DNA of 58,181 nt, from positions 1 through 58,181 of IMG/VR virus record IMGVR_UViG_3300043429_000067; one strand, written 5' to 3'. The stretch comes from a virus (lineage: Duplodnaviria; Caudoviricetes). Below, piece after piece: positions 45,590 through 54,968 of this stretch (positions are counted from its first letter, which is position 1; every line of letters begins with the position of its first letter). The notes beneath the pieces were generated by a model. It was not told where the DNA came from. It did not search any database and saw only the letters and a list, made by a program, of their open reading frames with translations. A program made the position numbers and the translations under genes.

Positions 45590-46050
45590 GCAACAATCTA
45601 AGTTTACATGTAAACAATCTAAATAAATGTGTATAGTTAGATTGCTGTTAGATCGTGCAAGTGATTGATTTATAAGGATATTGCAGTGCACAATCTAAAT
45701 AATCTACGTTTTTTAGGGTAGAGTGAGAAATTTTTTAGGGGGAGTGTGTTAGGCCGATGTCAAGTATCGGCGTCGTCGATTCGCTACATGAAAGGGTATG
45801 AAAAAAACCTATATTATTTAGATTGTTTAGATTAGATATAATCTATCACTCATGGTATATCGCCTGAAAACCCGCATGGATACTGGGTTTCACTCAAACT
45901 GTACATGTAAGGTTTGTAAACTTAGGCCATATAGTTTACGTGAAAACGTGGCGACTTTTCGTTAGATCGTTTAGATTGTTTGCATACTTGTTAACAGAAT
46001 GTGTAAGGTTACTAAAAATCGATAGTTTATAGCTATACTTGACACGTTTT
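45590..46050. other. AT-rich non-coding region with ACAATCTAA-like iterons; putative replication origin
   Basis: Repeated aatcta/tagatt in both orientations; palindrome gtttacatgtaaac; IHF consensus. Confidence 0.55.
45658..45670 (-). promoter_or_regulatory. IHF-binding consensus (AATCAAtcacTTG)
   Basis: Exact match to WATCAANNNNTTR. Confidence 0.45.
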
Positions 46051-46185
46051 TATGTCAGGTTACAGCGTTTTGATAGGCTGCGGCGATCGTGCGAGCCATG
46101 ACCCCCCGACGTATGGTCTATTATATATCTATTGATAACAAACGATGACCCTACCCGGTGCGTTTCACTTGTTGCGTTTGCGTGG

Positions 46186-46212
46186 GCAATAAAAAACCCG
46201 GCTTGCGCCGGG
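46186..46212 (-). terminator. Rho-independent terminator
   Basis: CCCGGC-GCAA-GCCGGG followed by TTTTTTATT. Confidence 0.8.
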
Positions 46213-46218
46213 CTTGGG

Positions 46219-46302
46219 TTAGATCGAGAGCAGCACCACAAACATCAGGTAGGTAGTGACTGCCATTGTTATGGCAAGGACAGCTTGCAGGATCAGTTGC
46301 AT
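46219..46302 (-). CDS. 27-aa hydrophobic peptide
   Basis: GGAG RBS; MQLILQAVLAITMAVTTYLMFVVLLSI. Confidence 0.5.
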   Translation of the reverse strand: MQLILQAVLAITMAVTTYLMFVVLLSI

Positions 46303-46340
46303 TTGGTTCTCCAGTTGCCCGGCTTGCGCCGGGCTTTGGG

Positions 46341-46514
46341 TTAGTATCGGTGGTGAATACCGTATGTGTTTTGTGCCACGAGTTGCGTGAATTCTATGTC
46401 CCATTCACGCCGGATAAACTTGCTTGTCCTAGTGAAATAGTGTCTTTGGCACGCGGTGTGGTGTGCAAGCCGCGTTTCCCAGTTTTGTCTTTTCACTCGT
46501 TTTACTCTCCGCAT
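46341..46514 (-). CDS. Small Arg-rich protein (57 aa)
   Basis: GGAG RBS; MRRVKRVKRQNW. Confidence 0.55.
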   Translation of the reverse strand: MRRVKRVKRQNWETRLAHHTACQRHYFTRTSKFIRREWDIEFTQLVAQNTYGIHHRY

Positions 46515-46560
46515 GATAGTCTCCAAGGTAGTGGGAGCCGGTTGCCCGGCTCCCGTGGTG

Positions 46561-46857
46561 TTACGCCAGCTTCGTCACAGTTTTCTTGCTACCGCCGCCG
46601 TCGCCGCGTGGTGCGAGCAGTGCGATGTAAGGGTTGCCGTAACGATTGACCAGTAAGACAGGGTCTTTGCCGCCGTCTACTACGAACAGCGAGTACTTGT
46701 TGATCGGGTTCTTCTTGCTCGAGAACTCTTTCATCAAGCGGTAAATCTCGGTAGCATCAGCAGCGGTGAATTTGCCGCTTGCTTCCTTTTTGAGAGCAAC
46801 TTCGCCCTTCGTATTGAGGATGATCGAGACATTACCTTCAAAGGTCTTTGCAGCCAT
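46561..46857 (-). CDS. First early protein, paralog of 45186..45473
   Basis: GGAGG RBS; start MAAKTFEG. Confidence 0.65.
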   Translation of the reverse strand: MAAKTFEGNVSIILNTKGEVALKKEASGKFTAADATEIYRLMKEFSSKKNPINKYSLFVVDGGKDPVLLVNRYGNPYIALLAPRGDGGGSKKTVTKLA

Positions 46858-46931
46858 GATGGCCTCCAGTAAGTGAGTTGTTAAAGAGTACTGCGTAGTG
46901 CTGAACAAGCGTTGTGTCATTCAGCACTTTC

Positions 46932-46960
46932 AGACTCACATAAGTTGACAACGACGTCAA
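46932..46960 (-). promoter_or_regulatory. Promoter-like TTGACG-N17-GAGTCT
   Basis: Duplicate of 45522..45550. Confidence 0.55.
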
Positions 46961-47186
46961 GTATGAGTGTTTATGCGGGCTCTCAGCGATAATAAAATGA
47001 CATCGCGCCGGTGTGCGCCTGCTTGCGTGATCGGGGTCGAGGGGGTGGGTACATGGATTGGCGCGACGACCCCTCCCCCTACATATCTAAACTCCTTAAA
47101 CCACAACCCCAAAAAAGGAACGTGTAAAGTTAGCTCCCAAAAATTTTCCAGCCCCCCGAAAACCAATGTTGCCATAACAACAACGC

Positions 47187-47215
47187 TTGACAACCCCGTA
47201 TTTCTGCCCTACGTT
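47187..47215 (+). promoter_or_regulatory. Sigma70-like promoter TTGACA-N17-TACGTT (leaderless transcript)
   Basis: ATG 47222 follows the -10 box after 6 nt; no SD. Confidence 0.55.
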
Positions 47216-47221
47216 TCGCCC

Positions 47222-47713
47222 ATGGACAGATTCCCACTCAACCACACCAAATGGTCCGATCGCTTGGCGTTCGACGTAGCCCTGCTGCTGGAAGGCAGCG
47301 GGGAGACAATGGCCGAGGTGATGGATCGCCACAAGATCGATGCCAACGACCTGTTGGTGTTTAACTCCGACAAAGTGTTCCTTAAAAAAGTCGAGCACTA
47401 CCGAGATGAAATCCGCGAGAAGGGGCTGACGTTCAAACTCAAAGCCCGCGCCCAAGCCGAGGAGTTGCTGACCACCTCGTGGCTTCTGATCCATGACCCA
47501 TCCACCTCCCCTGCGGTCAAAGCCGACCTGATCAAGTCCACGGTAAAGTGGGCTGGACTGGAGCCCAAGACTGACGCAGTGGTCGAGTCCGGCGGTGGCG
47601 GAGTGCGCATCACGATCAACCTTGGCAACACCCCCAACGACGCACGTACGATCGAAGCCCCCATAACCGAGGTCACTGATGTCGATTCCATCGAGCATTC
47701 TGAGTCTGTTTAA
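47222..47713 (+). CDS. Putative terminase small subunit
   Basis: First late gene; helical core with VRITINLG C-terminal motif; upstream of TerL. Confidence 0.6.
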   Translation: MDRFPLNHTKWSDRLAFDVALLLEGSGETMAEVMDRHKIDANDLLVFNSDKVFLKKVEHYRDEIREKGLTFKLKARAQAEELLTTSWLLIHDPSTSPAVKADLIKSTVKWAGLEPKTDAVVESGGGGVRITINLGNTPNDARTIEAPITEVTDVDSIEHSESV

Positions 47714-47879
47714 CGGCACCTACGACGGGGTACCGGCTGCCCAGTTGAAAAGCGCAAACGAGGCGCACAACGTGGAGATCGCACTGCGCGAAGCTGGCCA
47801 GTCGTTCCAGACCAAAATCAAAAAGTCCAAGAAACACGGACGCCTGTTCATCGTGATGCTGCTGGGAGAACCTGCGTGA
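47679..47879 (+). CDS. Hypothetical protein
   Basis: GAGG RBS; 66 aa. Confidence 0.5.
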   Translation: MSIPSSILSLFNGTYDGVPAAQLKSANEAHNVEIALREAGQSFQTKIKKSKKHGRLFIVMLLGEPA

Positions 47880-48043
47880 CGTGGCATGTGTACCCCGTGG
47901 GAGATTTAAAAGAACATATTACGGATACCAGAGAAGGTGTATGCTGGTGCGAGCCGATGTATGACGAGGAGTACGATACCTACACCCACAATTCGTTGGA
48001 TGGTCGGGAACTTTACGAAACTGGCGAGAGGAAGCTGAACTGA
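47876..48043 (+). CDS. Small His/Cys protein (55 aa; not in ORF track)
   Basis: MTWHVYPVGDLKEH..CWCEP..HNSLDGRE; coupled on both sides. Confidence 0.55.
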   Translation: MTWHVYPVGDLKEHITDTREGVCWCEPMYDEEYDTYTHNSLDGRELYETGERKLN

Positions 48044-48282
48044 TGGAATTGGTGAAACTTTACGAGACGAATTACCGCGACCCCGTGGCCATGCTGCGCA
48101 AGCTGGCTGATGACGTGGAGGCTGGTGTCTACGGCGACGTTGCTTGCGTAGGGGTGGCGCTGCTTGCAGACCAGTTGGAGGTGTTTGGATTCGGTCCTGA
48201 CAGCGAGGCACCGTCGGTCGGCATGGTTCTGCAAGCCGGAGCGTTGAAACTTACTATGCCGTTCCTCCATCATGGCACTTGA
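48043..48282 (+). CDS. Hypothetical protein
   Basis: TGATG coupling. Confidence 0.5.
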   Translation: MELVKLYETNYRDPVAMLRKLADDVEAGVYGDVACVGVALLADQLEVFGFGPDSEAPSVGMVLQAGALKLTMPFLHHGT

Positions 48283-49660
48283 TATTAACTATACACCGCC
48301 GCCAACCGGGCTGAAGTTCATGTCCAATGACGCAAAGATGCGGGTTCTCATGGGGCCTGTCGGTTCCGGTAAGTCGGTGACATCGTCCTTCGAGATCGTG
48401 CGGCGGGCGTCGATGCAGGAGCCCAACCAGCAGGGGGTTCGCAAGACGCGCGCGGCGATCGTGCGAGAAACGGCGCGGCAGTTGCAGGATACGACGATCA
48501 AGACGTTTCTCGATTGGTTCCCGCCGGGGCAGTGTGGCCAGTACATGCGCACCACCAAGACTTACTTTTTCAAGGTAGGAGATGTAGAGTGCGAGATAAT
48601 GTTCCGTGCACTGGACGATGCGGACGATGTTGCCAACTTGAACTCGTTGGAATTGACGTTTGCATGGTTCAACGAGTGTCGAGACATCCACCCGGATATT
48701 GTGGACGCGATGTCAAAACGTATCGGGCGATTCCCCTCAGCGAAGGACGGCGGCCCGACGTGGCACGGGATGTGGGGCGACACTAACCCACCGACGATGG
48801 ACACGTGGTGGTATTACCAAATGGAAGGCTTAGACCCGAAAGATGGCGTATCTCCGAACAATAATGGCTGGGCCGTCTTCAAGCAACCGTCCGGACGCAG
48901 TGCGTTTGCTGAAAACATCGAGAACCTACCGGACGGATACTACGACACGCAAGGCCGTAGTGAAGAATACATCCGTGTCTATATCGACGGAGAGTATGGG
49001 CTCTCCTCGGCTGGTATGCCGGTGTATAAGTATTTCCGGCCAGACTACCATATGGCTCGATCACCACTACGCTTTATCAGTAATGGGGTTCGACCCATTG
49101 TTGTGGGGATGGACTTGGGGCTCACCCCCGCTGCCGTTATCGGACAGCAAGACCCCCGTGGACGGGCAATAATACTTGACGAGGCTGTCAGCTTTGATAT
49201 GGGTGTGCAGCGGTTTTGCCGGACGATACTGAAGCCGCTGATCTACGAACGGTTCTCCGGTGCGCCGGTGCTGATCGTGACCGACCCGGCGGGTGTGCAG
49301 CGGGCGCAGACCGATGAGCGCAGCGCCGTGGACATCATCAAGGCTGAAGGATTCAAGGTCATCCCGGCCAAGACCAACAACGTCTCGGCGCGGATCAACG
49401 CGGTGGACGAGTACCTGATGCGGCAAGTTGATGGCGATCCGGGCTTTGTTGTTGACCCCCGGTGTACCCAGTTGAAAGCAGCGATGATGGGCGGCTACCG
49501 GTACAAGCCCAAGGGTGATGGCGACATCGAGAAGAACAAACACTCCCACGTGGCCGAAGCCCTGCAGTATCTGATGCTTCATATCGCCAGCGCCGGTGAG
49601 GGCTACCAAACTATACAGCGACGTGAAGTTAAGCGGGTTGCGGCTGCCGGATGGACGTGA
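48272..49660 (+). CDS. terL: Terminase large subunit
   Basis: GPVGSGKS Walker A, WFNE Walker B, DTNPP, GMDLGLTPA nuclease motif, HVAEALQY. Confidence 0.92.
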   Translation: MALDINYTPPPTGLKFMSNDAKMRVLMGPVGSGKSVTSSFEIVRRASMQEPNQQGVRKTRAAIVRETARQLQDTTIKTFLDWFPPGQCGQYMRTTKTYFFKVGDVECEIMFRALDDADDVANLNSLELTFAWFNECRDIHPDIVDAMSKRIGRFPSAKDGGPTWHGMWGDTNPPTMDTWWYYQMEGLDPKDGVSPNNNGWAVFKQPSGRSAFAENIENLPDGYYDTQGRSEEYIRVYIDGEYGLSSAGMPVYKYFRPDYHMARSPLRFISNGVRPIVVGMDLGLTPAAVIGQQDPRGRAIILDEAVSFDMGVQRFCRTILKPLIYERFSGAPVLIVTDPAGVQRAQTDERSAVDIIKAEGFKVIPAKTNNVSARINAVDEYLMRQVDGDPGFVVDPRCTQLKAAMMGGYRYKPKGDGDIEKNKHSHVAEALQYLMLHIASAGEGYQTIQRREVKRVAAAGWT

Positions 49661-49704
49661 TACATTGGCTTTGCATTTCTCGCTGACGACCCCCTCGTCA
49701 GGTA

Positions 49705-49731
49705 AGCCCCCATTGCTGGGGGCTCTTTTTC
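49705..49731 (+). terminator. Rho-independent terminator
   Basis: AGCCCCCA-ttgc-TGGGGGCT then CTTTTT. Confidence 0.7.
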
Positions 49732-49760
49732 TTGCGAGTTCAAAAACTTCGTGATATAAG
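49732..49760 (+). promoter_or_regulatory. Candidate promoter TTGCGA-N17-TATAAG with extended TG
   Basis: Directly after terminator, before portal operon. Confidence 0.4.
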
Positions 49761-49794
49761 CTGTGCCAATTCAACCCGCGCTCGCGGAGGGCAC

Positions 49795-50133
49795 ATGGCT
49801 ACCAAACAGTCCACGATGTATTCCACAAATCCAAAGATGGATGGTTCAGGCATCACTGCCAAGGAACCGCGATCGGAATACGTCATGACCAAGAACGGTG
49901 GCAAGGACGTGCCGCTAACTCCACGTACCGTTACAGGCGGGATGCTCTACAAGAAGGGCTTGATGGAGCAGGAGAACTTCAACAAGACCAAGACCATCAC
50001 TCGTCCGGAGATGCTCCGCAAAGCTGCGACGATGGTCAACCAAGGTACATCTCCCAAGTACGCGATGGACATACTTGAGGAACAGGACGAAGCAAAGAGC
50101 AACTACAACTCGTGCTCCTACTGGGATAAGTAA
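49795..50133 (+). CDS. Hypothetical protein
   Basis: GGAGG RBS; start MATKQS. Confidence 0.55.
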   Translation: MATKQSTMYSTNPKMDGSGITAKEPRSEYVMTKNGGKDVPLTPRTVTGGMLYKKGLMEQENFNKTKTITRPEMLRKAATMVNQGTSPKYAMDILEEQDEAKSNYNSCSYWDK

Positions 50134-52190
50134 TGGCCGGTCTGACATTCCTTCGCGTTGTAGATAACTCCACTCTTGCAAAGCAGGAGAAGGAAGCGGC
50201 TTCTCAAGCGTTGGCCGAGCGGCAGAATCAGCCGGTTATCCTTGGGTTGGTTGCTCATCTGAAGGCATGTTGGGATGTGGCCGAGATGGCCAAGCGTCCG
50301 ATCGAACAGGTTATGCTCCGTGCGCTGCGCCAGCGCAACGGTGAATACGAAGCATCAAAGCTTCAGGAGATACGCAAGCAAGGCGGCTCCGAGGTTTACA
50401 TGATGATCACCGAGGTGAAGTGCCGTGCGGCTGAGTCATGGCTGCGCGACATTCTCTTGGACAATGGCAGTCCTCCGTGGGACTTACAAGCCACACCAAT
50501 ACCTGATCTATCTCCTACACAATCCAAAGCAGTTCAAGAGGAACTTGCTCAGAAAGTGCTGAAAATGGTCGAGCAGTTGGGGGTTGCCCCCACTGTTGAG
50601 GAGATGGCCGAGATGAAGGAAATGGTGTCTCAGGACTACCGTTTCCGCATATTGCGGGAAGCCCAGAGCAGGGCAGACCGCATGAAAATCAAGATTCAAG
50701 ACCAGTTCGCGCAAGGCGGCTGGGAAGATTCATTCAACGACTTCATCACCGATCTGGTGACATTCCCTGCAGCATTTGTCAAAGGTCCGATCGTGCGCCG
50801 TCAGCGCACACTGGGCTGGAAGCAAGATGCTATGGGGCGTACTGTGGTTGAGCCGATCGAGAAACTCGGCCCAGAGTACGAGCGTGTTGACCCCTTCCGC
50901 ATCTATCCTGAACCCGGAATCAGTAACCTCCACGAAGGTTATTTATTCGAGCATCATAGAATGACTCGCATGGAACTCTCCGACCTTATCGGTGTTCCGG
51001 GCTACGACGATGACGCTATCCGTGCCGTGCTTGAGATTGGCAACGGTCAGTCGTGGATCAACGAGGATGTGGAACTCCAAAAAGACGAGGAGGAGCGCAA
51101 GTACTATGCGTACATGCGGCCAACCACTGAGTTCGACGCGCTTGAGTTCTGGGGCAAGATCAGCGGTCAGATGCTGATCGAGTGGGGTATCGACGAGGCA
51201 GATGTGCCTGATCCCGCACGTGAGTACGACGCCAACGTCTGGCTCGTGGGTAACTACGTGATCAAGGCGGTGCTGAACTATGACCCCCTCGGGGAGAAGC
51301 CGTATGCCAAGACTTCGTTCATTAAATGCCCCGGTGCTTTTTGGGGTAAGGGCATCCCGGAGATCATCGAAGACCTCCAAGGTGTCTGTAACGCAGCGGC
51401 TCGTGCACTTGTTAATAACATGGGCATCTCCAGTGGGCCGCAAGTTGAGGTTAATCTCGAACGCATTCCCGCCAACGAAGACATAACCCAGCTTTCACCG
51501 TGGAAGATATGGCAGACGACCAACGACCCGTTGGGCTCCACTGCACCGGCGATCAGGTTCACACAGCCTGACTCGCGCGCGCAGGAGTTGATGGCTGTCT
51601 ACGAGAAGTTCAGCAAGTTGGCTGATGACCACTCCGGCATCCCGGCGTATGTGTATGGCGACCTGAATGTACAGGGCGCAGGGCGTACATCGTCTGGTCT
51701 GTCGATGCTGATGGGCGCAGCCGGTAAAGGTATTCGACAGGTGGTGATGCACATCGACACAGATGTGGTCAAACCGATCGTCCTGCGCCAGTTTGTGTAC
51801 AACATGCGCTACGACGAAGACGAGTCAATCAAGGGCGATGTTCAGGTGATTGCTAAAGGTGCGATCAACCTTGCCGTCAAAGAGACGGTCAACATTCGCC
51901 GTATCGAGTTCCTCAACGCAACCGCCAATCCGATCGATATTGAAATCATCGGTAAGGAAGGACGCGCCACCATCCTGCGGGAAGTGGCGAAAGGGTTGCA
52001 AATGCCTGTGGACGAGGTTGTTCCGTCTCGGGAGAAGTCTGCTTTCATGGGGCAGGTGCAAGCTATGGCAATGGCTCAGGCCGCACAGCAATCCCCTGAA
52101 GGCGGTACGCCGCAGTTACCTGACGGCTCTCCCAAAGGCGGTATGGCAGCGAACACGGTACAAAGCCGTGCTAGTGGGAGGGCAGCATGA
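50133..52190 (+). CDS. Portal protein
   Basis: 685 aa after TerL; FWGKGIPE, RTSSGLSMLM motifs. Confidence 0.85.
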   Translation: MAGLTFLRVVDNSTLAKQEKEAASQALAERQNQPVILGLVAHLKACWDVAEMAKRPIEQVMLRALRQRNGEYEASKLQEIRKQGGSEVYMMITEVKCRAAESWLRDILLDNGSPPWDLQATPIPDLSPTQSKAVQEELAQKVLKMVEQLGVAPTVEEMAEMKEMVSQDYRFRILREAQSRADRMKIKIQDQFAQGGWEDSFNDFITDLVTFPAAFVKGPIVRRQRTLGWKQDAMGRTVVEPIEKLGPEYERVDPFRIYPEPGISNLHEGYLFEHHRMTRMELSDLIGVPGYDDDAIRAVLEIGNGQSWINEDVELQKDEEERKYYAYMRPTTEFDALEFWGKISGQMLIEWGIDEADVPDPAREYDANVWLVGNYVIKAVLNYDPLGEKPYAKTSFIKCPGAFWGKGIPEIIEDLQGVCNAAARALVNNMGISSGPQVEVNLERIPANEDITQLSPWKIWQTTNDPLGSTAPAIRFTQPDSRAQELMAVYEKFSKLADDHSGIPAYVYGDLNVQGAGRTSSGLSMLMGAAGKGIRQVVMHIDTDVVKPIVLRQFVYNMRYDEDESIKGDVQVIAKGAINLAVKETVNIRRIEFLNATANPIDIEIIGKEGRATILREVAKGLQMPVDEVVPSREKSAFMGQVQAMAMAQAAQQSPEGGTPQLPDGSPKGGMAANTVQSRASGRAA

Positions 52191-52402
52191 TCAAGCCTGA
52201 TCCGCGAATCATCAAGTTGATGGCGACCATCACTCGGCAGCATCCGGATTTTCTGGAGTGGCTGGGCGAATGGCGTATGCGGGAGCTTGAGCAATTACCA
52301 CTGGCGGCAAACAATACAGCACTGATGCAGGGGCGGTGCCAAGTATTGGGTGAACTGTACAAGTTCGCCAAAGACTCCCCTGAACTAGCGGCAAAGTTAT
52401 GA
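52187..52402 (+). CDS. Small head-assembly protein
   Basis: Between portal and scaffold; LMQGRCQVL. Confidence 0.55.
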   Translation: MIKPDPRIIKLMATITRQHPDFLEWLGEWRMRELEQLPLAANNTALMQGRCQVLGELYKFAKDSPELAAKL

Positions 52403-52446
52403 CAAAACTCGCCGTCTAATCACGCACACCGATAGGAGCGTTCAAC

Positions 52447-53508
52447 ATGGCACTTCCAGAGCAGATTCGTAAACAGACTGAGGCTGTACAGGAGTTGTAT
52501 AAGCAACTCAATGGAGCAGACAACAACACAGGCGGAGACAACCCTCCCGCCGATGGCACTGTCACGCCACCAGATGATGCTACCCCCACTCCGCCAAAAG
52601 CCGACAGTAATCCTGTACCGAATGATGCTACGCCGTCACCAGAGGGTGAGCACAATACTGGTGATATAAGCCCTGAAGATGACCCAAACTCTGAGACTTA
52701 TGCTCAGAAATGGCGTACTTTACAAGGTATGTACAACGCCGAGGTTCCGCGTCTGCATCATCAGAACCGCGAACTGGTAGGCCGCCTACAGAATCTGGAA
52801 CAATTGATTGCATCGATGTCTGCTACACCGCAGACCCCAGCCGCACCTCCGTCAGTTGAGAAACTGGTGTCTGACAAAGAGGTTGAGGAATACGGTGAGT
52901 CGATCGATGTCATGCGTAAGGTAAGTCGGGAGGAGTTGACGCCCGTTGCCCAGCGTCTGGCCAAGATCGAAGCAGTACTGCAGCAACTTCAAGCCAACGT
53001 AGTACCGCAGGTTCAGGCGGTGGCACAGAAGCAGCAGATGACATCGGAGCAGAAGTTCTGGTCTGATCTTGCGACCGCAGTGCCAAATTGGCGGCAGGTC
53101 AACGACAACGAGTCATTCCAATCATGGCTCTTGGAGGCTGATCCGCTGACTGGCATTACTCGCCAGACGTACCTTGAAGACGCGCAGCGTTCGCTGGATG
53201 CGCCGCGTGTGTCTAATTTCTTTAGGACTTGGCTTGAGGCTACTGGACAAGCCGCAGTTGCTCAATCCACCGGTTCTGTAAATGCTGCTGCATCTGAGTT
53301 GGAGAAGCAGGTAACTCCGGGGCGCTCACGCGCTGCGGGCGCACCGTCGCCAACCACCACAGCAAAAACTTATGCCCCGAACGACATCCAAAAATTCTTT
53401 AACGATGTTCGTGCGGGTAAATATAAGGGCAGAGAGCAAGAGCGGGATCGTATCGAACGCGACATTTTCGCCGCACAGCGGGAAGGTCGTATTGTTGCTA
53501 ACGCCTGA
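52447..53508 (+). CDS. Capsid scaffolding protein
   Basis: Acidic/Pro-rich N-terminus, QKWRTLQGMY, AQREGRI C-terminus; precedes capsid. Confidence 0.75.
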   Translation: MALPEQIRKQTEAVQELYKQLNGADNNTGGDNPPADGTVTPPDDATPTPPKADSNPVPNDATPSPEGEHNTGDISPEDDPNSETYAQKWRTLQGMYNAEVPRLHHQNRELVGRLQNLEQLIASMSATPQTPAAPPSVEKLVSDKEVEEYGESIDVMRKVSREELTPVAQRLAKIEAVLQQLQANVVPQVQAVAQKQQMTSEQKFWSDLATAVPNWRQVNDNESFQSWLLEADPLTGITRQTYLEDAQRSLDAPRVSNFFRTWLEATGQAAVAQSTGSVNAAASELEKQVTPGRSRAAGAPSPTTTAKTYAPNDIQKFFNDVRAGKYKGREQERDRIERDIFAAQREGRIVANA

Positions 53509-53524
53509 TTAGAGGAGTTTTATC

Positions 53525-54451
53525 ATGTCTTATCCTAACTCGCCCGGCAAGCCGAATTACAGCGGTAACTTTATCCCTGAGATTTGGTCCGGCAAACTGA
53601 TCGAGAACTTCTACGACGCCACCGTGCTCGCAGCTATCTCGAATACCGACTACGAAGGCGAAATTCGCCAGTACGGCGATACCGTCAATATCCGCACCAC
53701 TCCGGAAATCACCATCCGTGAGTACGTCAAGGGTCAAACCCTGACCGTGGAGAACCCGGACAAGCCGAAGATTCAACTGCTGATCGACAAGGGCGAGTAC
53801 TTTGCTTGCGTCGAAGACGACGTGGACAAGGTTCAGTCGGACATCAACCTGATGGATACTTGGTCGAAAGACGCTTCTGAGCGTATGAAGATCAAGATCG
53901 ATCAGCGCGTTCTGACCGACATCCTGCCCGGCATCGCTTCTACCAACAAGGGCGCTAACGCAGGTGAGCAGTCCGGTTCGTTCAATCTGGGCACCAGCGG
54001 CGCACCGCTGACCGTGACCAAAGACGGCGCATCGACAACCACTGCTGTGGTTGATCTGATCGTTGACATGGGTACCGTTCTGGATGAGGCTAACGCCCCT
54101 GAGTCGGATCGCTTCATCGTGATTCCGGCCAAGATGGCTAACCTGATCAAGAAGTCGGAACTGAAAGACGCTTCGCTGTCTGGCGATAGCATGTCGGTTC
54201 TGCGTAACGGTCGTCTGGGTATGATCGATCGCTTCACGATCTATGTCAGCCACAACCTGAACGTATCTTCGGGCAAGTACAGCATCATCGCTGGCCACAA
54301 GATGGGCTTCACGTTTGCCTCGCAGATGACGAACATGGAAACCATCCGTTCTGAGTCCACCTTCGGTAACATCATCCGTGGTCTGCAAGTCTACGGCTAC
54401 AAGGTTACCAAGGGCGAAGCACTGGCTCAGGCCGTTATCCAGTTCGCTTAA
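53525..54451 (+). CDS. Major capsid protein
   Basis: FIPEIWS, DYEGEI..GDTVNI, RGLQVYG; strongly biased codons. Confidence 0.9.
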   Translation: MSYPNSPGKPNYSGNFIPEIWSGKLIENFYDATVLAAISNTDYEGEIRQYGDTVNIRTTPEITIREYVKGQTLTVENPDKPKIQLLIDKGEYFACVEDDVDKVQSDINLMDTWSKDASERMKIKIDQRVLTDILPGIASTNKGANAGEQSGSFNLGTSGAPLTVTKDGASTTTAVVDLIVDMGTVLDEANAPESDRFIVIPAKMANLIKKSELKDASLSGDSMSVLRNGRLGMIDRFTIYVSHNLNVSSGKYSIIAGHKMGFTFASQMTNMETIRSESTFGNIIRGLQVYGYKVTKGEALAQAVIQFA

Positions 54452-54471
54452 TCTGATAGGAGGATTAAATC

Positions 54472-54927
54472 ATGGCTGCTTATACTGATACCCTTGGCTT
54501 TAACAAGGGCACTGCCGCGTATCCGGCAAATAACCACGATGTCAACAAGTTCGAAGTTGAACTGAACTTTGCTACCATCGTCGCTGCTCGTTCGGCTGCT
54601 GGTGCTACTGCACTGGCTGCTGGCGACACGCTGCAGGTGATCAGCCTCCCGGCTGGTTCGGTTGTTCTGTCCGCTGGTCTGATGGTGACCAAGGCTGAGA
54701 CTACCAACACCACAGCTACGTTTGATCTGGGCTACACCGGCGGCTCTCCGGCTGCTGCTAACGCCTACGCAAACGATGCAGCGTCCAACGCGCTCGGCCT
54801 CAAAGCTGCTGATCTTGCAAACCCGACCGTCGTTGCGTCGGCAGATACTATCGATCTGCTGATCAACACTGCAGTTCCGACGGATTGCATCGTCAAGGCG
54901 TTTGCGGTTGTCGTCAACGCAAACTAA
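54472..54927 (+). CDS. Capsid decoration/cement protein
   Basis: Follows capsid; AGGAGG RBS; LPAGSVV motif. Confidence 0.6.
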   Translation: MAAYTDTLGFNKGTAAYPANNHDVNKFEVELNFATIVAARSAAGATALAAGDTLQVISLPAGSVVLSAGLMVTKAETTNTTATFDLGYTGGSPAAANAYANDAASNALGLKAADLANPTVVASADTIDLLINTAVPTDCIVKAFAVVVNAN

Positions 54928-54956
54928 GCTGATGGGGGCTTCGGCCCCCAGCTTTT
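54928..54956 (+). terminator. Rho-independent terminator
   Basis: GGGGGC-TTCG-GCCCCC then AGCTTTT. Confidence 0.65.
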
Positions 54957-54968
54957 GAGGAGATTGTT

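Noticed and set aside
45590-46560. CRISPR or mini-array
   Set aside because: Repeats are short, irregularly spaced and in both orientations, or separated by ORFs; the Cas4-like gene is an ordinary phage exonuclease
46967-47221. N-terminal extension of terS in the ORF track
   Set aside because: Low-complexity sequence spanning a promoter; ATG 47222 fits better
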